From positions 1 through 55,148 of IMG/VR virus record IMGVR_UViG_3300032116_000256: a stretch of 55,148 nucleotides of DNA, one strand, 5' to 3'. Every line of letters begins with the position of its first letter. Positions within the stretch are counted from its first letter, which is position 1. This DNA is from a virus (Duplodnaviria; Caudoviricetes). The notes beneath the pieces were generated by a model. That model did not search any database. It saw only the letters and a list, made by a program, of their open reading frames with translations, and was not told where the DNA came from. Position numbers and translations under genes: made by a program. Shown here in pieces: positions 35,001 to 43,768 of the stretch.

Positions 35001-37952
35001 GTAGGTAATATTGTTAAAAAGGATGATGTAGTTTACACATGCAGAGTAAACCATTATTCAAGCGATACTTTTACTAATGATTATTTATCGGCAGATGCGA
35101 CGAGAACAAAGTGGGCGCTTGGAGCTAACTTTGGGTATTCTACAATAGCGTTTCCAAAGAACTTTTTCGGATCAGATAAAGTTCCAGTTACAACCGCATT
35201 GACTTCAACTCATGTCGCTAACGCATTAAAGTCTCTAGGTATAGAGGCTTATGTAGGTGGTGGAACTTTAGGTCAAAGCGATGTTAAAACATTAGCTTCT
35301 TCAAATGGAGTCGGATATAGCGGTCTAGTTTATGGAACTGGATATGAAAAAGGATTTTATTCTTTATCAGTAGATACTTTACCAAAAAATCTTGATTTAA
35401 TAAATGAGGGAAGCCTTTATGTGTTAAGCGGATCTGGAGTTGAACCAAAGCTATATAAAACAATATCGACAAAAGAGGAAGAGGCAAATCAATACTCTGT
35501 AATGGGTATTGAATATATAAAGAATAAAGAAGACTTCATTGAGAAGGATATGATCGATACATCGCCAGATTTATATGTTAAATCTGTTTATGATGTTGTT
35601 TTGAAGCCAGATGCCCCATCAACATTATTATCCATTGGCACGCTTTTGAATGGAAGCAATAAACCAACTGGCATTTATGCAACTTGGTCGCCTGTTACAA
35701 CAACTCCGATCACTGGATATAAAATATATCTTAGCAGACCAGACTATTCTTCTTCAAGTGTCTCATCTTTAACTGAGGCGTTATTTGTAGAATCTGGCGC
35801 TGCTCAAAAATATATTCAAGCAGCCGTTAATGATAATTGGGGCCAATATGATATTAATATTTATTCTCAAGGCCCATCCCCTTATAAATTCTTATCTGAA
35901 GATAACTTAGGAGCATCAATCCAAGTGTTGCCACCAGCAAGTTTATCTGTTGGTGGGCAAACTATGCAATCTGTTTTCGTAAGCGGAATGTACGTTGAAA
36001 CAGCAGATACTGATAGTCTTAAGTATTCCGTTTCTCATAATGGCACAACTCATGTTGGAGCAGGAAATGGTAACTTTACTTCAAGGGATTTAGTTTTCAG
36101 ATGGGCTTATATGGACCCAACTGGAGGAGTTATTAATTCAGTCGAGTCTATGCGTAAAAATCCTTTCTTGAATTTTACGCCAAAAGTAAAGATTTCTGTT
36201 CTAGATATTGGCGGAAATGTTTTACATCAAGAACAAAATTATCAGGGCTTTTCTTATAAGATAGATATCAATGATAATAAAAAGTTTATAAATAGAGAAG
36301 ACAGCAATTGGGAAACTGTTGAAGATTCAAGAAACTTTGGTTTAAGAGTTGAAGTGACAGATATAAATAATAAAACTTTTACTGGAACCTATAATGCGTA
36401 CAACATTCCGCCAGAGTATTCTGATATTGAAGTTGTAGATTGCTTCCAAAATTCACCTTACTATATACTGACAGGGATATATGGCAATCAAACATTTGCA
36501 AGAACAGCGGTTTGGAATAGTGGAACTGATGGTATTGTAACTGGTTCTGGTTTAAGAAATTATTCAAACGGAGCATTACTCAGAAGCGAAGATGAAACAA
36601 GAATTCCCATCTATGAAGATATTGTAGCTGCTTTCGCTTATGCTAAAGGATTGGCTGGCAATGGATCTGTTGTTGATAACGGCATAACCATTAACAAAAA
36701 GGGAGTTGGAACTGATAATGATTATGCCGCCTATGTCTTTTCTTATGAAGATCTAACTAATTATTATTATGACGATGTTTTAAAGAGAGATAAAAATGCA
36801 ACGCCAGAGAGCTTTGGTAAAGAACATTATCAAGCTTTTGGTCAAACTGAAGGCAGAATTATACCAAAAACAAAAGGTAATATATTAGGTATATCTGACT
36901 TATCAACAATTCCATCTAATCAAACTGGCTTTTCTGGATTAGCTTTTACTATCTTCCCAGAAAAAGTAGCTGATGGTAGAATAGAATTTAATTGTTATTC
37001 AGCGGCTTCAAACAAAGATGTTCTATCTGTAGAATTATATACTGGAGTAGGTTATCCAGATATTATAACTATCGTTAATGGTCAATCCATGACATTAGGC
37101 CAAACTTATGAAATAACAAGTTTAGGCGCAACAGTAAACTGGACTGCAATGGGAGCGCCAATAGCAGAACTTGGAGTTGAATTTATTTACAATGGGACAA
37201 CTCCAGCGGGGTCAAATGGTAAAGTAAAAAGAGTTTTTGATGTCGATTTGACCTCTCAGGCTGGCAAGTCAAAGACATTCTTTAAAAATATTCAATTGCA
37301 AAACACAAGATCATATGTTAATTCGTTTTCGGTTGACGAATTAGATGGATTAGAATCTCCAGAAACAGGAAATTGGTATTATTTTAGATTGCTTGCAAAA
37401 GATGATTTCGGCTACGGCCCAATTTCAAATGTTGTAAGTGGCTTCCTAAAGCCATCTCCAAAAGAAATTGCTGGCGTACTACATACAAGAGTTACGCTTG
37501 ATGGCGGCGCTGATGAAGAAACAATCCAGATAGACCCAGATGATATGACAAAGAATTACAATTATAAAATTGTAAGTCTTGGGCAATCTGTAAACTGGAC
37601 TGCAATTGGCGCTGGAGATGCGGCATTAAATACAGTATTTCAATATAATGGTGTTACGACAATTGGCACAAATGGCAAAGTTGTTCGTATAGAAAGTCCA
37701 TATTATGTTACTGAAAATGACTTAGGCAGAAGAATAATTGTATTCGATACTCAAAGCAACTCAACGGTAATCTTGCCAAGTTCAGTTCCAACAAACTTAA
37801 CTTATACCTTTATTAACAAGGGCCAGCACTTAATCTATATAAAATATAAGGATGGAGAATTGATCTCCATCCTTAGAAAAGATGAGCGCGTAACTCTTAT
37901 TAACGATGAAAACGGTTGGACAGATCCAAGAGGAAGTGTCCTGAGCGTTTAA
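32094..37952 (+). CDS. Tail tip / host-specificity protein J, main part
   Basis: SYPLTA, KVKVPSNY, WDGTFKIAWTDNPAWILYD..T...YGLG, EPRYTCN, GCTSRSEARR.GR, LQPGD; FN3-like and vWA-like inserts. Confidence 0.92.
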   Translation: MMKILNPNRFAKGAEDPGEGSNSDPTVDLTNQSTKIGEIVLPPSVDGKDRFISIEKLTPETISPLVSKDVSVEGIIEVVDRSFSYPLTAHVGLKIDSRTFSNIPEKKFDVKMKKVKVPSNYFGIGGNGLDRRYVYSNPNYDGDPNNLDLVFVIDQNLNLANRRLIKRNLKEMLGKLCSGYTYIRASIWQTSADKNTVINQKTGETITNFTHYETYEFFEVETPDSSGNNNTNLYTKLNAALDDANKISINESLVNDAVIASFFLRRSQFGLSDEAGVVSEEKVLKTIWNNTVRKVIYISGTNPDQVISGYNTMLNFARENAIQFYFLFSDAQDSNTNTLREFAIDTGGGKFNMMHKSDIELQQFFDEQFYDNNRIYYGDWDGTFKIAWTDNPAWILYDILTNANYGLGNHIDQSSIDKWTLYDVGRYCDAVDDKGRFQGVPDGKGGLEPRYTCNIIFYNKDEAYKVIKDISAIFKGITYWNTEGFSFFADRPKDPVMFFGNADVLDGAFNYSETAKNTRHTSVEVVYNDKYDGYKTKIEFIEDVDGIKKFGLNPFKINAAGCTSRSEARRIGRYVLYSSMFEADTVAFTAGLNAAYLQPGDVFGVSDEVKNVARTFGRVLNVDEVANQIRIDSEFAQGLSSGIFLHVPSGNFAVSDLNSMTGSNGGFTGNIETIRARRQSQVRKFNIHTVEEEVGNSYGALLTVTGDFLLKSGVIDVYVEEGRVSGSNQITGESELTGLVYTFPQNTVIEGNPRWDVAKFSSLSGVLNDLKIEFDVSGTAGTGQLIANETNWECLLSYGISTPSTISVNNVQVQTVTTNKIKVSFFNTLGVHQQSTEVDDLNDIWSGSAFSAANADGVITVVSNGAKISNSFVPNSNWNNYAATEVFKIGKDVSSTTTSFGYTAAFIKGGSRIIERASKGMNDYGRLKFRYRDLLALSKLRPYYTFLQADIGNRRESFYENWTSNRYYEVGNIVKKDDVVYTCRVNHYSSDTFTNDYLSADATRTKWALGANFGYSTIAFPKNFFGSDKVPVTTALTSTHVANALKSLGIEAYVGGGTLGQSDVKTLASSNGVGYSGLVYGTGYEKGFYSLSVDTLPKNLDLINEGSLYVLSGSGVEPKLYKTISTKEEEANQYSVMGIEYIKNKEDFIEKDMIDTSPDLYVKSVYDVVLKPDAPSTLLSIGTLLNGSNKPTGIYATWSPVTTTPITGYKIYLSRPDYSSSSVSSLTEALFVESGAAQKYIQAAVNDNWGQYDINIYSQGPSPYKFLSEDNLGASIQVLPPASLSVGGQTMQSVFVSGMYVETADTDSLKYSVSHNGTTHVGAGNGNFTSRDLVFRWAYMDPTGGVINSVESMRKNPFLNFTPKVKISVLDIGGNVLHQEQNYQGFSYKIDINDNKKFINREDSNWETVEDSRNFGLRVEVTDINNKTFTGTYNAYNIPPEYSDIEVVDCFQNSPYYILTGIYGNQTFARTAVWNSGTDGIVTGSGLRNYSNGALLRSEDETRIPIYEDIVAAFAYAKGLAGNGSVVDNGITINKKGVGTDNDYAAYVFSYEDLTNYYYDDVLKRDKNATPESFGKEHYQAFGQTEGRIIPKTKGNILGISDLSTIPSNQTGFSGLAFTIFPEKVADGRIEFNCYSAASNKDVLSVELYTGVGYPDIITIVNGQSMTLGQTYEITSLGATVNWTAMGAPIAELGVEFIYNGTTPAGSNGKVKRVFDVDLTSQAGKSKTFFKNIQLQNTRSYVNSFSVDELDGLESPETGNWYYFRLLAKDDFGYGPISNVVSGFLKPSPKEIAGVLHTRVTLDGGADEETIQIDPDDMTKNYNYKIVSLGQSVNWTAIGAGDAALNTVFQYNGVTTIGTNGKVVRIESPYYVTENDLGRRIIVFDTQSNSTVILPSSVPTNLTYTFINKGQHLIYIKYKDGELISILRKDERVTLINDENGWTDPRGSVLSV

Positions 37953-39004
37953 AACTTAATATCGAATACGGATTCGTCAATCTTACTGTCTACGCCTTTT
38001 ACATAAGAAGAGATTTCAGTCTCTTGTGGAGCAACTTGAATCTTCTTGCTGTCATAGAAGCTGTCCAACCATCCAGCAATAGGATTACCTTTAGCGTTGT
38101 AAAGCTTCTTGTATCCCATTGAAGTAAGGCGATTATCAGCAAGCCATTCAACATAATGTTTGAGGGAATCAGCAGTAAGACCGATCAAGCTTCCCTTTGA
38201 GAACAAGTAATCGGCCCAGTCTTTTTCTGCATCTACGGCCATACGATAAGCTTCATAGATACGATCTTCATTCTTTTTAAAGATATCTTGGAAGCCTTCC
38301 TTTGGCTGATCACGAAGAATCTTCATGATGTTCTGAGTGATCGCAACGTGAAGATTTTCATCACGCGAAATTAAATTAATAATTTTAGCGTTCCCTTCCA
38401 TCTTTCCGCGATACCCAAAGTAAAATGAGCAAGCGAATGAAACATAAAAGGTTACCCCTTCGGTGATCTGGGTTGAAAGAAGCGCATCGAAGATTTGCTG
38501 CCTTGGATCATTGCTCTTGGTATTAAGCAAAGCGTCGTATTTATTGGAGATAAACTGCGCCCTCTTGACGATCTCCTTATCATCCAAAATAGAGTCGAAG
38601 AACTTTGTGGCGTCAGGATGAACGTTCTGCAAGATATATGTATAACTATTGCTGTGAATAGTTTCAAAGAATGACCAAACATTCATGCAGATCTCAAGTT
38701 CTGGATTGCTGACGTAATCAGAAAGAGAGTTAATGCTACGGGATAGCATTGAATCTGTCATAGTTTGGAAGCGCAGATTGCTGTCGAAAACAAACTTCTC
38801 TTCTGGAGAAAGGTTCTTGTAATCAGCCGCATCCTTTGTAAGATTAACTTCTTGTGGTCGCCAGAAGAAATTAATCTGTTGATCATAAAGATCATAGAAC
38901 TTGGGATACTTTAAGCGATCATACCTTTGAATCGCCAAGTCTTCGCCAAGGAAGAGCGGTTGTTTAAGTGAGTCCACGTTTACAGTGTTAAGTACGGTTT
39001 TCAT
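37949..39004 (-). CDS. nrdB: Ribonucleotide reductase class Ia beta subunit
   Basis: FFWRPQEV, ETIHSNSY, EGVTFYVSF, RDENLH and APQETEISSY motifs. Confidence 0.95.
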   Translation of the reverse strand: MKTVLNTVNVDSLKQPLFLGEDLAIQRYDRLKYPKFYDLYDQQINFFWRPQEVNLTKDAADYKNLSPEEKFVFDSNLRFQTMTDSMLSRSINSLSDYVSNPELEICMNVWSFFETIHSNSYTYILQNVHPDATKFFDSILDDKEIVKRAQFISNKYDALLNTKSNDPRQQIFDALLSTQITEGVTFYVSFACSFYFGYRGKMEGNAKIINLISRDENLHVAITQNIMKILRDQPKEGFQDIFKKNEDRIYEAYRMAVDAEKDWADYLFSKGSLIGLTADSLKHYVEWLADNRLTSMGYKKLYNAKGNPIAGWLDSFYDSKKIQVAPQETEISSYVKGVDSKIDESVFDIKF

Positions 39005-39006
39005 TT

Positions 39007-41307
39007 TTATAGGGTGCAAGCTCCACCCGCGCAGCCTTGGGTGTCATCTTGCGGTTCTTCGATTTTTACTTCTTGTTTAACTTCTTGTTTCGTATGTAAT
39101 GCGGTCTGCGTGTCGCCGTCAAACGTATTTGTGTAGTAAAGATTTTTAATACCATACTTATAAGCCAACATTAAGTCTCCAACAAGTTCTCCTTGGCTTG
39201 GAATTTTATTTGGATAGCGAGTGGCGTTGTAATAAAGGTTAGTTGAAATGCTCATGTCAACAAACTTTTGAAGAGCAGCAACTACTTTTAAATATCCTTG
39301 ATTGTTCGGCATTTCAAATGCAAGAGTATAATTATCCTTGTTATTTTTGATATGAGGAACAACAACAGGAATAACACCAGCCTTTGAACGCTTATAAGAA
39401 ATCAATGAGCGTGGAGGCTCAATGCCATTAGTTGATGATTGAATTACAGAACTAGATTCGACAGGCATCAAAGCAGTCAAAGTGCTGTGACGCATACCGT
39501 GAGCTTTGATTTCCTTTCGCAGATCTTCCCAATCGCAATGAAGCTTTTCAGTAACGAACTCATCAATATTCTTGCAATAAGTGTCAATTGGCAGAACGCC
39601 CTTTGAGAACTTTGTTTCAGAGAACAAAGCGCATGGACCCTTTTCTTGAGCCATCTTAACTGAAGCCTTGATGAGATTATAACTCACAAGTTCCATGATA
39701 GCGGCAGCTTTGTTGGCAGCATTCTTATCGGTATACTTAACTCCAATATTAGCAAGATAGCCAGCGAGATTACTGACGCCAACTCCAAGACTGCGACGAT
39801 TCTTGGCAAAATTAGCAGCGGCAGGAACGAAATAATTTTGATGATCGATTAGGGCGTCAAGCATACGAACAATAATTTCGCATACAGATTCCATCTCATC
39901 CTTAACTACTTCAAGAAGATTAACGGCAGATAAAATACAAACGCCGATTTCTCCATTAGGATCATTCAAATCTTTGATTGGCTTGAGCGGATGATTAACC
40001 TCAAGGCAAAGATTGCTGGTATCTACTTGGGCATTCCAAGAGCCATGTGAATTTGCATGGTCAACATTCATCAAATAAATGCGGCCAGTTTCTACACGCT
40101 CCTTAGAGAACAAGAAGAACAGATCGCGAGCATTTACTATCTTTTTAAACTTGAGAGACTTATTCTTTTCTGCCGCTTCGTAAAGCTCTTTAAACTCGGG
40201 CATACCAAAGCTATTCCAAAGTTCTGGAACCTCATGATAAGAGAAAAGAGTGATGCTTTCGTTTTTAATTAGACGATCATAAAATGTACGATCAAACCCA
40301 ATGCAGTAATCAAGCTTACGAACTCGGTTATCATCAGTGCCAGCGTTATTCTTTAGAACAAGAATGTCTTCAATATCATGATGGAACCAAGCCATATTCA
40401 CTGTTGCCGAGCCACCACGAATGCCGTTCTGATGGCAAGACTTCACGGTAGACTCAAACATCTTAAGGAATGGAACTGGTCCAGTATGACTAACCATGCC
40501 ACCCTTAACTGGCGCATTGACGGCGCGAAGACGACTTGCGTTAATACCGATGCCATAACGATTTGCAGTAGCAAAACCAATGGCGCTATTATTAGCGAAG
40601 ATAGAATCCAACGAATCATCTACGCTGAACAAGGCACAAGAAGCATAAGACTTTAGAGTTGTTCTAACTCCAGCCATGATTGGCGTGGGAAGATTAATCT
40701 TATGTTGGCTAAAATAATTGTAAGCCTTCTTGATATAATTAGTCCGATCACCCTTATAATCCTTGAACAAGGTCATTGCAATAAGCATATAGGCGAATTG
40801 CGGGGTTTCGTATAGCTTCTTGGTAGTTCTGTTCTGAACTAGATACTTTTCACAAAGCTGCTTAATGCCAGCGTATGTAAAAATAAAATCACGATCATGA
40901 CGAAGGCATTCATCGAACTTATGAAACTCACGCTCATCATACCATTCAAGAATGGCGGGATCATAAACTTTATTTTTAATATTATCTTTTACGAAATCAA
41001 TAAGCTTGGGGGCATTTTTGCCGCCCCAAACTTCTTTGCGTAATTGATAATTTAAAAGACGAGAAGCAACATATTGATACTGAGGCTTTTCTTCAGAAAT
41101 TAATCCAGCAGCAGCTTCAATCAATGTGTTGTGGATATCTCTAGATGAGATTCCATCAAAGAAAGAAAGGTTTGCATTCATAGCAACTTCCTCAAAAGAG
41201 GTATCGTTGATGCCAGTGCAAGCCCATTCAAGAACTTTATTGATTTTATCGGCGTCGAACTTCTCAATTTCTCCGCTTCTCTTCTTTACTGTCATTAATT
41301 TTTTCAT
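39007..41307 (-). CDS. nrdA: Ribonucleotide reductase class Ia alpha subunit with ATP cone
   Basis: VKKRSG ATP cone, SCAL, SNLCLEV, LYY, C-terminal CAGGAC. Confidence 0.95.
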   Translation of the reverse strand: MKKLMTVKKRSGEIEKFDADKINKVLEWACTGINDTSFEEVAMNANLSFFDGISSRDIHNTLIEAAAGLISEEKPQYQYVASRLLNYQLRKEVWGGKNAPKLIDFVKDNIKNKVYDPAILEWYDEREFHKFDECLRHDRDFIFTYAGIKQLCEKYLVQNRTTKKLYETPQFAYMLIAMTLFKDYKGDRTNYIKKAYNYFSQHKINLPTPIMAGVRTTLKSYASCALFSVDDSLDSIFANNSAIGFATANRYGIGINASRLRAVNAPVKGGMVSHTGPVPFLKMFESTVKSCHQNGIRGGSATVNMAWFHHDIEDILVLKNNAGTDDNRVRKLDYCIGFDRTFYDRLIKNESITLFSYHEVPELWNSFGMPEFKELYEAAEKNKSLKFKKIVNARDLFFLFSKERVETGRIYLMNVDHANSHGSWNAQVDTSNLCLEVNHPLKPIKDLNDPNGEIGVCILSAVNLLEVVKDEMESVCEIIVRMLDALIDHQNYFVPAAANFAKNRRSLGVGVSNLAGYLANIGVKYTDKNAANKAAAIMELVSYNLIKASVKMAQEKGPCALFSETKFSKGVLPIDTYCKNIDEFVTEKLHCDWEDLRKEIKAHGMRHSTLTALMPVESSSVIQSSTNGIEPPRSLISYKRSKAGVIPVVVPHIKNNKDNYTLAFEMPNNQGYLKVVAALQKFVDMSISTNLYYNATRYPNKIPSQGELVGDLMLAYKYGIKNLYYTNTFDGDTQTALHTKQEVKQEVKIEEPQDDTQGCAGGACTL

Positions 41308-41379
41308 AAAAAGTAAAATAGGGTAAATGGTTTTACATGAAAACCACAATCAGCCATGAAAGAAAATTTCTGGCTAGAA

Positions 41380-41850
41380 TTATTTGTAACGCTTAACAAA
41401 AGTTAGTGTATCCAAACTAAATCCGTTGTTCATATAAAACATTTGGATTCTTGGATCACCGCCATTAGACATATAATGGCACGACAAAAAGTCAATACCT
41501 TTTGCAACGATATGTTTTTCAACAGCTTCAATTACTCTGAAGCCTCCAATGCCTGACTTGCTAGTTGAGACCCAAATGATTTCATTTAGACCCATTTTAC
41601 CGCAAGCCCAATCTTGGGTAATTATACCTACAAAAATAGATGTAGGTTTGTCATTTTCAAAATGAACAAAGACAACAGCATTTTCCTTGAAAGATAAAAG
41701 GATCTGATATATCTGATCTTTCAGATGATCGATGTTCCAATCCCCAGCAACATGACGCTGCTTTTTAAGAACCTTTTGCAGAAGATCACCCTGCTCCATC
41801 TCAGTTAAGATGGAGCGGAGTTCCTTGATATCCATTATTCTCTTAACCAT
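41380..41850 (-). CDS. GNAT-family acetyltransferase-like protein
   Basis: EIIWV.....IGGFRVIEAVEK...FYMNNGF. Confidence 0.6.
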   Translation of the reverse strand: MVKRIMDIKELRSILTEMEQGDLLQKVLKKQRHVAGDWNIDHLKDQIYQILLSFKENAVVFVHFENDKPTSIFVGIITQDWACGKMGLNEIIWVSTSKSGIGGFRVIEAVEKHIVAKGIDFLSCHYMSNGGDPRIQMFYMNNGFSLDTLTFVKRYK

Positions 41851-42611
41851 TATTTAATGAATTTAAGAAGTGCGCGAGCTTCTTTCGAAGGGATATCTGA
41901 CCAAGACTTCCAATTGGCTGCATCTTCATTTCGATAAGATTCGTCTTTCCAAAGTTCACGAAGCCACTTTTTGAAGTCTGAGAATTCGCCTCCAGTTTCA
42001 GCAAATTTTTTGCTAAGAATTCCTTGCGGAGAAACATCAGCAGATCCATCTACAGTTAGAGCGGAGGCTTTGGCTCCATTGCCTTTGGCAATTTCATCTT
42101 CACCAACGATATGAATTCCAAGATAATTTCTTACTGTGCGAACAAAGGAACGGTTTGCCGCAATAGTCTCAAGAAACTTTTGCCCAAAGCCATCTGTATT
42201 TTCAAAAGTTGCATTTGCAACATCCATAGACGAAATCGTAGTCCATTCATCTTCTGAGCTATTAACATTAGTTTCGAAATTATTGATCCAATCAATAGAA
42301 CATGAAGCTACGACATAATCACGCTCCAGCTTTGGAAACTGGAATTGAACGCGAGAATAGCCACGAAGCTTTGCGACCTCCTTGATTCCCCCCAGCTTAA
42401 TCAGAAGCTGTTCGTCGCGAAGACCATCGCCTGTCTCTGGAACAGGTTGGTTTCTACGATTGAACCAATCTTTATTTGGGTAAAGGTGCGTAGGGTTGAC
42501 CATTGCGCGCCAATTTACTGTACCATCTTTATTAAAGATGTAGTTTACATTGTTGATAAGTCCGCGTTCATCACGAACTGATGGCCTGTCGATTTTTGGT
42601 GTTTCGCTCAT
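41850..42611 (-). CDS. Putative ssDNA-annealing (Rad52/Sak-like) protein
   Basis: ANAT..N....FLETIAANRSFVRTVRNYLGI resembles the Rad52-fold helix motif; replication-gene context. Confidence 0.4.
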   Translation of the reverse strand: MSETPKIDRPSVRDERGLINNVNYIFNKDGTVNWRAMVNPTHLYPNKDWFNRRNQPVPETGDGLRDEQLLIKLGGIKEVAKLRGYSRVQFQFPKLERDYVVASCSIDWINNFETNVNSSEDEWTTISSMDVANATFENTDGFGQKFLETIAANRSFVRTVRNYLGIHIVGEDEIAKGNGAKASALTVDGSADVSPQGILSKKFAETGGEFSDFKKWLRELWKDESYRNEDAANWKSWSDIPSKEARALLKFIK

Positions 42612-43767
42612 CTTTAAGAATATAGAAGTGTTCTGCCTCTTCCCAGAAGTCAGGATGATCAACTACTTTTGAATATCTGTCAACCTTTGGTTGATCATTT
42701 TTCCATGATAGTTTTGAAGCGTAAATTTTTCCATCCGAAATAACAATTTTTTCTGATGAGAAAATGCAGTCTTCATTTACCTGATCTGAGTTTTCTATAT
42801 CCTTTTTACCAAAAAAATCTTCTTTGTCAAGCCCAAAGTCAAAGAATTTTTCAGCAAGCCGTCCCCAATCTTGATTATCTTCTGCAATTAAAATTAATTT
42901 AATACCCAAAGATTTGATTTCTTCTAGGTAAGAAACGGAAATCTTGTCTGAAGCGATGATTGTGAGCGCAGCGATTTTTGTTTTTATCTTGCTGATGATG
43001 TCAAGAGAAATTTCTTGATCAGTAATTAAATTTAAAAAGCAAACAGTAGCTAACGATGGGATGAATTTTTCATTAAAAAATAAATCCATTCTAATATTGC
43101 AAATCTTATCTTTGATCACTGCTGGCAGCGGCCCACCATTTGGAATGATTTCTATAACTGGAGTGTGATAACTGTCACCAATAAAAAGAGTTTTTACTTT
43201 TTCTAAGTCATTAATAACTCCTAGCTTATCCAGTGCAGCTTTTGCTATCGCTTCTGGCATGATCGTATTTATCTTTTTATCTTTTTCCTTCAAAGAGAAA
43301 GATGGTTTGCCATGTTTCTCCCAATCAACTTCAATCAAAGATTTGTTTTCCTCGCTGCCCCAAATTGGATAACAGTTTTGAGCGTAGCAGTAAGAATAAA
43401 GAGTTACCATTTTTCGATCAAAAAATCCAGCAAAATGCGCAGACAAGCTATCAACTCCAAGATAAAGAGACGAATTTTTAATCACAAACGCAAGTTGTTT
43501 GATGTTTGTCTTGCCTCTTATGTCTAAGTCTACATTTGCCACAGATTGATCCTCTGGCAATCCCACATGAACGATTTTATATTCAGGAGCGTATTCCTTA
43601 ATAAAAGCAAAGACTTTAGGCCAATAGTCATATTGCCGAGAGTTTCCTTTGCCGCTGGTTTGAAACACTATGTATTTATCCAGTGGGATTGGATAATAAG
43701 CCTCAAAAATAAACGGCTTTGTTATTTTTACCCCGCATGAAAGAGCGTACCTGTCTAATAAATGCAT
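42571..43767 (-). CDS. GT9-like glycosyltransferase
   Basis: RQYDYW..V...IVHVG...DIRGKT.IKQLA..IKNS.LYLGVDSLSAHFA. Confidence 0.8.
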   Translation of the reverse strand: MHLLDRYALSCGVKITKPFIFEAYYPIPLDKYIVFQTSGKGNSRQYDYWPKVFAFIKEYAPEYKIVHVGLPEDQSVANVDLDIRGKTNIKQLAFVIKNSSLYLGVDSLSAHFAGFFDRKMVTLYSYCYAQNCYPIWGSEENKSLIEVDWEKHGKPSFSLKEKDKKINTIMPEAIAKAALDKLGVINDLEKVKTLFIGDSYHTPVIEIIPNGGPLPAVIKDKICNIRMDLFFNEKFIPSLATVCFLNLITDQEISLDIISKIKTKIAALTIIASDKISVSYLEEIKSLGIKLILIAEDNQDWGRLAEKFFDFGLDKEDFFGKKDIENSDQVNEDCIFSSEKIVISDGKIYASKLSWKNDQPKVDRYSKVVDHPDFWEEAEHFYILKDERNTKNRQAISS

Positions 43768-43768
43768 T

